64,000 nt of DNA, taken from an uncultured delta proteobacterium (lineage in GTDB: Bacteria > Myxococcota_A > Polyangia > Haliangiales > Haliangiaceae). The position numbers and the translations under genes were made by a program. Location: positions 480,001 through 544,000 of the forward strand of contig CAVUQH010000003.1 of NCBI GenBank assembly GCA_963743525.1, given 5' to 3'. The first letter of the stretch is position 1; each line of letters begins with the position of its first letter. Shown one piece after another: positions 56,519-64,000 of the stretch. The notes beneath the pieces were generated by a model. It saw only the letters and a list, made by a program, of their open reading frames with translations. It did no database searches and had not been told where the DNA came from.

Positions 56519-56977
56519 ATGATGTCGATGAGGACCACCTACCGTCCGCGACGCCGCGACGGGCTGTATCACGCCGCCTTGCACCAGACGGCACGCGTCC
56601 TGGTTGCCGATGACGACGACGAGGTGCGCGACCTGGTCTCCGAGACGCTGCGCGACGACGGCTACGAGGTTCACGAAGCGACCGACGGACTCGCCCTGCT
56701 CGAGCTGATCGGCTCCATGCTCCTCGGTGAGCCGACGGCGCAACCGTTCGAGCTGATCATCTCCGACGTGCGCTTGCCCGGCGGGGTGAGCGGCCTGGAC
56801 ATGCTGGCCGGCATCCGCCGCGCCGACTGGTCGTTGCCGGTTCTCCTGGTCACCGGCTACGGCGATGCGGCGGTGTACGAGGAGGCTGCCCGTCTGGGCG
56901 CCTGGGTCCTCGACAAGCCGCTGGACCTCGACGACCTGCGCACGGCCGCGTTCAATCTGGCACCGCCGCAGGTCTAG
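56519..56977 (+). CDS. Single-domain response regulator receiver
   Basis: RBS AAAGGAG, VLVADDD, ISDVRLPG, VTGYG, LDKPLD. Confidence 0.9.
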   Translation: MMSMRTTYRPRRRDGLYHAALHQTARVLVADDDDEVRDLVSETLRDDGYEVHEATDGLALLELIGSMLLGEPTAQPFELIISDVRLPGGVSGLDMLAGIRRADWSLPVLLVTGYGDAAVYEEAARLGAWVLDKPLDLDDLRTAAFNLAPPQV

Positions 56978-57546
56978 TCGTCGTAGCGAACGCGCAGGCG
57001 GGTGCTGTCGCCGCCCAGGGAGCGGTCCGCCAGCAGCTCGCCGCGCACGTGGCTGGCTCCGGACATCTCGACGGCAGCGATGGCGAAGCCGAGGACCGCG
57101 TAGCTGAGCGCCAGGTGGGGAACCGGCCAGTCCGGGATCTCGAGCTCGGCGACGCCGCCGAACTCACTCTTGGTGTGGGTGACGGTGACGGTGCCCTCGG
57201 AGAAATGCTCGCGCCACAGCTTGGCCGCGCGGTTCATCACCCACTCGGGCGAGCCGAGCTTGATGAACATGCGGAAGATGTTCGGCGTGTTGACCTTGGC
57301 GCCCCAGCGACCGAGCTCGATGTTCAGCGTCAGGTCACCCGTGCCGAAACGCCGGTCGAGGACCTCGCCCAGCTCGATGAACAGTGGGTAGTTGTACCAG
57401 GCGTGCTTGTCGATCTCGGAGCGCATCAGCATGCGTCCGTAGGCGCCGAGCTGCGGGATCACCTCGTCCAGGGCGGCCTGACCGTGGTGCTCGATCACCC
57501 ACTTCCTGCGCGCGTACAGCGCTGCTCCGCGAACCTGTAACATCAA
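56974..57546 (-). CDS. Myxobacterial TIGR02265/DUF2378-like protein
   Basis: QVRG, WY, ELGR.GA, SPEWV...A..LW.....G, ends VRY. Pattern recalled for this family and not verified. Confidence 0.55.
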   Translation of the reverse strand: MMLQVRGAALYARRKWVIEHHGQAALDEVIPQLGAYGRMLMRSEIDKHAWYNYPLFIELGEVLDRRFGTGDLTLNIELGRWGAKVNTPNIFRMFIKLGSPEWVMNRAAKLWREHFSEGTVTVTHTKSEFGGVAELEIPDWPVPHLALSYAVLGFAIAAVEMSGASHVRGELLADRSLGGDSTRLRVRYDD

Positions 57547-57582
57547 CTACACAGCCCGCCCGGCAGGGCAGTCGCTAGCATA

Positions 57583-60500
57583 TCATCGCTGGCACAGGAT
57601 CAAGCTGGCGAATACACGCTCGGGAGCGGCGATGCCCTGATCGATCGCCCAGCGGCGGGCGGAGGCCTGCAACTCGGCACCTTCGTCGCCGCCGATGATC
57701 GCGCCGCGGGCGTGGCGGACGGCGCTGGCGAACCCGAGCATCCCTGCGGCGGTGAGCTGTTCCTGCGCGCGTCCGAGTAGATCGACGGCGGTGTCGTCGT
57801 CGCCCCGGGCCGCGGCGGCGGCGCCGCGCAAGGCAGTGCCGATCGGCCGCAGGTTGGTGGCGGTACGTCGCTCGATGTACCGAGCCGACCGCTCCGCCTG
57901 GGCCAGCTCCTTGCGCCCGATCGCGCACTGGACGCGCATGTGGCGCAGCTCGAACTGGATCATGTCGATGCGGCTGAGCATCGCCCGGTTGCTCCTGGTC
58001 CACAGCTCCTCGATCTGCTCGTGCGACTCGCCGTGCCGGCCGCGATGGAAGGCGCACATCACCCGTGACATCCCGGCGTAGTAGTGCTGCAGGTGGAAGC
58101 GCGCGCGCGGCCACGACTCCATGGCGCGATCGACCATCTCCTCGACTGCGTCGCCGTCGCCGTCGGCGAACAGCGTGCCGATGGCCGGGACGCCGGTTGA
58201 ACAGGTTGCCGACGCCGTACAGGTCGCCCAGGTCGCGGGCCGACGCGCGCAGCGCGACGACGTCGCGGGCCAGGGGGCGGATCTCGCCGAGGAAGTAGAG
58301 CGCCCAGAGGCGGTACATCTCGCCGGTGGCAAGCTCCCAGCTGACGCCGGTGCACTGGGTGCGGAGGAGCTTCATGGAAGTCTCGGCGATCTCCGCGGCG
58401 CGGGCGAACTCGCCGTTCTGATAGCAGTACAGCGTCAGGCAGCCGCCGGTCACGCCGCGCAGATACGGATCGTCGAGCTCTTCGGTCAGCGCCTGCAGCC
58501 GCGGCAGCAGCTTGGCCGCGCGCCGGCGACCGCGCGCAGTGACCGCGAGGAAGGCGATCTCCAGCGCCAGCGCGCGCGCCAGCCGAACCGGCTCCCCGGC
58601 GCGCAGCGCGGCCAGCAGGTGCCGGGATTGGAAGTCGGCGCCGATCATCGTGTCGGCCATGCCCAGCCCCACCGACGCGGTCCAGCAGGCGTCGATGCGC
58701 GCCAGGTCTTCGCGGGTCACCTGGCTCTCGTCGCGCGGCTTCCAGCTCAGGCCGCGCAGGCGCAAGCGGCCGCGGGTCAGCAGCAGCCGCGGCAGGGTCC
58801 AGCCGCCGGGCGGCTTGTAGCGGTAGCCGAGCACGCGCAGGACGTCGGCCAGGATGTCGACGCCGCGATCGATGTGCCCGCAGCGGAGGAACGCCAGCGC
58901 AGCCCTCTGCCGCAGCTCGACGTTGCTCGCCGACTGCGTGCCTTTGGCCGCGTGCAGGTACTCGTCGGCGGCGGCCGAGCAGTGGCCGGCGTTCTCCAGC
59001 GCCTCGGCCCGATGGATACGCAGGGCTCGCTCGTCCTCGGCGCCGCCGGCGAACTCGATGGCCAGGCCGTAGAGCTCGGCGGCGCGTTCGAAGGCCAGCG
59101 ACTCGACTGCTTCGGCCGCGGCGGGCAGCGCCTCGAGGGCGGCGCGCTCGCGATCGCCGGCGCCCAGCCACTCTTCGACCAGCACGCGAGGCGTAGCCCT
59201 TCCGGTGCGCTGCAGCGCCTCGGCCAGCCGGCGGTGGTAGTTGCGCACGGCGGCCTCACCCAGCTCGGCGATGACCGACTCGCGCACGCGGTCGTGGAAC
59301 GGCACCAGCTCGTCGCGGGCGTGGGGGCGGAGCAGGTTTTGCGCCTCGAGCAATGCCAGCGATGGACCGATCTCGGAGTCGGCATCGACCGCTGACTCGA
59401 CCACGGCGATCGGCGTCGGGCGCGCGGCGACCGCGACCGCGGCCAGGATCTCGCGCGCCGTCGGCGGCAGCTGGGCGAAACGCGAGCGCAACATCTGGTC
59501 GAGGGACGGTGGCCCGGTCTCGCTGTCGACGCCGGCGGCCAGGCGGGTGGCGTGGTGGCGCACCAGCTCGTCGACCAGCAGCGGGTGTCCGTGGGCCTCT
59601 CGGGCGATTGCCGGCGCGCGGGCGTCGTCGCCGGTGCTGGCCAGCAGCCGCGCTGCCAGCACGTCGGTCTCGGACTCGGACAGCGGTCCCAGGGAGATCA
59701 GCCTCGGCGCGGTGGCGCCGCGGGTGGCCTGGCGCAGCCGCTCCAGCTCGATCAGCAGCGGGCTGGTCTGCTCCTCCTCCTCGCGATAGGTCGCCACCAG
59801 TAGCAGCGGCGGCGCGTCGGGGCCGAACACGGTGTTGACCAGCAGCGAAGCGCTGTCGATGTCGCCCCACTGCAGGTCGTCGATGAACAGCGCCAGCGGG
59901 CCGGCGTCGCTGAGGTTGGCCAACAGCTCGCGCAGGCCGCGAAAGGCCAGCCGGCGCTGCTCGGATGGATCGAGGGCGCCGAAGGTTCGCCGGTGCGGCG
60001 CGGCGATCGCGGGGATGCGCTTGAGCGCGGGGAACAGCCGCGCCAGCGCGGTGGTCTCCGGCGGCAACAACATCTCGACCTCGTCGTCGCGGCGACTGGC
60101 CAGGTGGGCGGCGATGTCGTCGATCAGATTGTCGAACGCCTTGTAGCGCAGCAGCTCGTTCTGGAAGCAGCGGCCGGCGAAGACCCTGGCGCCGAAGTCG
60201 CGCTGGATTTGCCCCAGGAACTCGCGCACCAGCGCGGTCTTGCCCATGCCCGAGCGGCCGCGGACGAACACCGACACCGCGTCGCCGTGGCGCACATCGT
60301 CGAAGGCCGATTGCAGCTTGGCCAGCTCGCCGTGACGACCGACGAACGGCCGCCGGCTGGACATCGCCGCCTCGACCATCATCTTGGGCACGCTGGCGCG
60401 GCGTCCGAGGCGGCGCATGATCTCGGGACCGTCGGGGCGGTCGGCCGGGTCGAGCTTGATCAGCTCCTCGCACAGCTCGGCCAGATCGACCGGCAGGTCG

Positions 60501-61309
60501 GCGACCAGGCTGCGCGGCGACGCCGGCTCGGACATCTGCTTGACTCGCAGCATGTTGTCGCGAGCGCCGAGGAACGGCACCGTGCCGGTCAGCGCCCGGT
60601 ACAGCACGATGCCCATGCTGTACCAGTCGCTGGCGCGGGTCAGTGGTCGGCCGCCGGCCTGTTCCGGCGACATGTACGCGACGGTGCCGACCAGCCGATC
60701 GCTGGAGGTGACGTAGACGTCGTGGTTGCTCACGTCGGCGGCCAGGCCGAAATCGCACAGCACCACCCGGCCGGTCGCGAGCTCGACCAGCACGTTGGAC
60801 GGCTTGATGTCGCGGTGCAGTCGACCGGCGGCGTGCAGCGCGACCACGCCCTCGCACAGCTGGCCGAAGGCGTCGCGTAGCCGTTCCTCGTCGAGGTAGC
60901 CGCTGACCGCGGGCGTGGTGCTCGAGCCGACCACGGTGTCGACGGTGCGAGTCTCGAGCTCTGCCAGCGCCAGCGGCGGCTTCTCCGAGGTCGTCGATCC
61001 GGTGATGTCGTCTTCGCCGCGGACGTAGGCGAGGAAGGTGGTTCCCCGCACCAGCTCCATGGTGAACAAGAGCTCGCCGTCGTAGTTGACCAGCTCGTAC
61101 AGGTTGACCAGGTTGCGGTGGTTGATGCCGGCCAGCGCGCGGAACTCGCGCTTGAACCCGGCGATCGCCGGAGCGTCGGTGCGAAGCAGCGACTTGAGCG
61201 CGACCACCGCATTGCGGTAGCGATCGAACGCCTCGTAGACGATGCCCATTCCCCCGGCGCCGAGCTTCTTGCGAAGCTCGAAGCGCTGGTTATCCGCGGC
61301 AACACCCAC
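57583..61309 (-). CDS. Ser/Thr kinase - AAA/STAND ATPase - TPR-like protein, 1-nt insertion at 58196-58202
   Basis: [45 protein letters not shown]-terminus (FHLQHY...) is in ORF 57583..58332. Confidence 0.9.
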
Positions 61310-61360
61310 GCGTATCGCTCATGATACCGAGCTTGCCGCGCGCTGACTACCGCGCTGACG

Positions 61361-62035
61361 TCACAGCGGCGTCGGCCAGGCGATGTCGGGCCTGGCGCGT
61401 TGGGCGTCGAAGTCCCATTCGGTGGCCAGGACGGCAAAGCCCAACGAGTCGAGATATCCCGGCGTCGTCGCATGGTCACTGTAGCGCTCGGCACGTTCAC
61501 GGCGCTCCAGGCGCATCCCCAGCTTCTCGGCCACCCGTCGAGAGGCGACGTTGTCGGCCGCGCACAGGAGCGTGATGCGGCGAAAGCCCCAGCCGCCCTG
61601 TTCCTGCGCCCTCAGGCCCGAGGTGATGAAGGCACCGACCGCCTCGGTGCACAAGCCTTCGCCGTTGCGGTCACCGCGCAGCCAGTAGCCGACCTCGGCG
61701 GTCCGCTCCTTGTCGTCGATGCGATAGAAGCCGCAGCTGCCGAGCTGCGTGTTCTCGTCGCGATCGAAGATCGCCAGCGTGAAGTTGCGGCAGTCCGACT
61801 CCGCGCTCCGGCGGACCAGCTTTTCGACGAAGAAGGTGCAGTCGTCCAGGTCGGCCTGCCCGTCGGTCCACCAGCTCATCGACAGCCACACCAGATCGCG
61901 GCTGGCGCTCAGCGCTGCATGCAGCCGTGGCCCGTCTCCTTTGCGGTGCGCCCGCACCAGGGTCCGGGCCGTTTCGATCGGGCCGGGGAGCGGCGACGGT
62001 AGGTTCCACGGCGGCACGGCACCAGCGTATCGCAA
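61361..62035 (-). CDS. GNAT N-acetyltransferase, RimJ/RimL family
   Basis: IETAR, AEVGYWL, GEGLCTEAV, DNVASRRVAEKLG. Start may be ~62014. Confidence 0.9.
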   Translation of the reverse strand: MRYAGAVPPWNLPSPLPGPIETARTLVRAHRKGDGPRLHAALSASRDLVWLSMSWWTDGQADLDDCTFFVEKLVRRSAESDCRNFTLAIFDRDENTQLGSCGFYRIDDKERTAEVGYWLRGDRNGEGLCTEAVGAFITSGLRAQEQGGWGFRRITLLCAADNVASRRVAEKLGMRLERRERAERYSDHATTPGYLDSLGFAVLATEWDFDAQRARPDIAWPTPL

Positions 62036-62291
62036 GGCCGTCGCTCTCCGCGGGGGTGCGTCGGTGTGGGGAAACCAAGGAGGTTCGTCGGCCCAGAGGA
62101 ACGCGCGGTCGCTGTGGTCTGACCGGCAACATTGTTCATGATCTGGACGTGCGGTTCAGTTTCTAGATCGAGCTTGGACACACTGAACAGGCCGCCAGGT
62201 GAAATCTCGGTGCGTTGCGCTGCGGTGCGTCTTGGTATGCGTATTGCTGCTTACCTTCCTGGCTACACCGCTGTGGGCCGGAGGGGGATCG

Positions 62292-63062
62292 ATGATGAAG
62301 CTGGCTGTTGTCGCAATGTTGCTAACCATGGTGGGCGCGTGCGCCGGGCAGGACGCGGGCACACCGAACGAGCTGGGGCTGCAGCTCACGACCTACGAAG
62401 ACGGGCACGTGGAGGGCACCCTGGTGACCACCGCCGGCAGCGTCGAGTTCAACTCGCTCGAGATCCAGGCCGGCGTGTTCCAGGTCAGCCTGGTTCGCGA
62501 TTCGCGCCAGCTGATCACCACCGTCGACACCAACCAGCTGACCGCCGACGTCCAGGCCGCCGACGACTTTCAGATCACGCGCGACGATCGCTTCGTGCTG
62601 ACCGCGCTGGCGACCAGCGTCGAGCAGGAGCTGGGCAAGGAGCTGAAGGTCACCGACAACCTGTTCCGCGTGTCGACGCTGTGGGGTGAGCATCCGGAAG
62701 GTGCCCTGCTCACGCGGCGCATCGAGGCCGATCCCGAGCGCGGCTGGACCACGCTTTGTTACGCGGCCTGCAGCTACGGCTACCGCACCTTCTACCACTC
62801 GGGCAACGGCAACGACCACGGCCACACCCACGGCAATCACTCGGGCTCGACCTGGGGCGAATACATCAAGTTCGGCCGGCAAGATGGGCACAACCCGTGC
62901 AACTCGCGCTGCGGCTCGGGCTGCTCGGGAGTTGGAACCAGCGCGTGGACGCAGGACTGCGGCAACCACGACCGCTGCGAGCACTGCCACACCTCGGCCT
63001 GCGGCGGCGAGTGGAACTCCGCGTCGGACGACTTCCTGTTCGCGGGCAACTGCGCCTGCTGA
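62292..63062 (+). CDS. Lipoprotein with a C-terminal Cys/His-rich domain
   Basis: RBS GGAGG, VGAC lipobox, 11 Cys in the last ~105 aa including CNSRCGSGC and WTQDCGNHDRC. Confidence 0.8.
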   Translation: MMKLAVVAMLLTMVGACAGQDAGTPNELGLQLTTYEDGHVEGTLVTTAGSVEFNSLEIQAGVFQVSLVRDSRQLITTVDTNQLTADVQAADDFQITRDDRFVLTALATSVEQELGKELKVTDNLFRVSTLWGEHPEGALLTRRIEADPERGWTTLCYAACSYGYRTFYHSGNGNDHGHTHGNHSGSTWGEYIKFGRQDGHNPCNSRCGSGCSGVGTSAWTQDCGNHDRCEHCHTSACGGEWNSASDDFLFAGNCAC

Positions 63063-63073
63063 GCTCGGAGCGA

Positions 63074-63664
63074 TTGGACGAGCTGACGGGCGCCCGCGAT
63101 TCGCGTCGCGGGCGCCTTTCGTTGCTGGTGTTCGCCGCTGCGGTCGCGGTGGCGCTGACCTACCTGCTGATCGCGAGCGCCCGGTCCGGGCGGCGCGCCA
63201 GCGCGGTGAGGGCGCCGGCGGCGGCGCCCGCGCGTTCGACCGCCGGCCAGCCCCGGCCGCACGCGCAGGCCGCGCCGCGTCCGGCGATCGGTGTGCCGGC
63301 GAACCCCAACATCGTGCCGCCCGACCAGCAGCCCGACCCGATGAGCATCTTTCGCTCGCAGGACGGCAAACCGCCCGAGGCGCGCGAGATCGCCCGAGTG
63401 GGCCAGGTTTCGCTCGGCGTGCCGCGCACCGCCGTGCTCGAGAACGAAGCCGAGGTGCGCGGTATCATGGAGCGCCTGGCCCGCGCGATCGACGAGATCG
63501 ACAGCAAGGACGGCCGCGATCCCGAGCGCTACGGCATTCCCTACCTGTCGATGCTCGAGGACTGGAACGACCAGCTGCGCGATCACATGGACGGCATCTT
63601 CTACATCGCCTCGCGGCGCTCGATCATTCGCATCGACCTGAACATCCCGGATGGTGAGGAGTAG
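63074..63664 (+). CDS. Hypothetical membrane-anchored protein
   Basis: TTG start after GGAG, one TM helix, Pro/Ala linker, small globular C-terminus. Overlaps the next start. Confidence 0.6.
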   Translation: MDELTGARDSRRGRLSLLVFAAAVAVALTYLLIASARSGRRASAVRAPAAAPARSTAGQPRPHAQAAPRPAIGVPANPNIVPPDQQPDPMSIFRSQDGKPPEAREIARVGQVSLGVPRTAVLENEAEVRGIMERLARAIDEIDSKDGRDPERYGIPYLSMLEDWNDQLRDHMDGIFYIASRRSIIRIDLNIPDGEE

Positions 63665-64000
63665 CTGGACGTTGGTGGTGCTGAGCGCGCTGTGCGCCTG
63701 TGCGCCGGCGGATGACGGCGTGCGCGCATCGGCGATCATCGGCGGGCAACCGTCCACGGATGACCAGGCGGTGGTCGCTCTGGTCGAACGTGACGTGTCG
63801 TGTCAGCCGGGGCAACCGGCGCTGGTCTGCAGCGGCACGCTGGTCGCCTCGCGCGCGGTGGTCACCGCGGCCCACTGCTTCGAGTCGGTGCCGCCGCGGG
63901 GCATCGAGGTGGTGTTCGGCGACGACATCGGCGCCGGCGAACGCCGCCGCGCGCTGGGCGTCTTCGTCAATCCGATGTACGACGCCACTGCGCGCACCGA
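63651..64000 (+). CDS. Trypsin-like (S1) serine protease lipoprotein, 3'-truncated; missing from the ORF track
   Basis: Hand translation from ATG 63651: MVRSSWTLVVLSALCAC...AIIGGQ...CSGTLVASRAVVTAAHC (IIGG mature N-terminus, catalytic His motif). Confidence 0.9.
   Translation, partial: MVRSSWTLVVLSALCACAPADDGVRASAIIGGQPSTDDQAVVALVERDVSCQPGQPALVCSGTLVASRAVVTAAHCFESVPPRGIEVVFGDDIGAGERRRALGVFVNPMYDATART

Noticed and set aside
63783..63789. GTCGAAC in the protease gene as another frameshift
   Set aside because: The frame from IIGG to CSGTLV/TAAHC is continuous through this site, so not every GTCGAAC is an error.

Overview
High-GC bacterial DNA. The gene content (six Hanks-type Ser/Thr kinases, three of them kinase-AAA/STAND-TPR giants; PEGA, AgmX/PglI-like and TIGR02265-like proteins; Cys-rich lipoproteins; a TonB-fused TonB-dependent receptor) points to a myxobacterium, plausibly Haliangium/Kofleriaceae-like (inference). 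About 48 CDSs are supportable. I saw no rRNA, tRNA or CRISPR array. Main observations: (1) a candidate ~165-nt sigma54-driven small RNA at 9927-10092 (-), with a perfect -24/-12 promoter, several stems, CU-rich anti-SD-like repeats and an intrinsic terminator; (2) six frameshifts in five genes fall at the hexamer GTCGAC carrying one extra base, suggesting a methylated motif and systematic long-read errors rather than pseudogenes; (3) sigma54-like promoters precede both comM/yifB and a divergent recA; (4) an oomycete GP42-type transglutaminase lipoprotein with a Pep-13-like peptide and a P-domain; (5) an FAD oxidoreductase fused to an acetoacetate-decarboxylase-like domain beside a cobalamin radical SAM gene; (6) a second structured intergenic element at 30840-30974; (7) an operon of a Cys/His-rich secreted protein, a membrane protein and a trypsin-like protease at the right edge. 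All family calls come from motif recognition by eye, with no database search.
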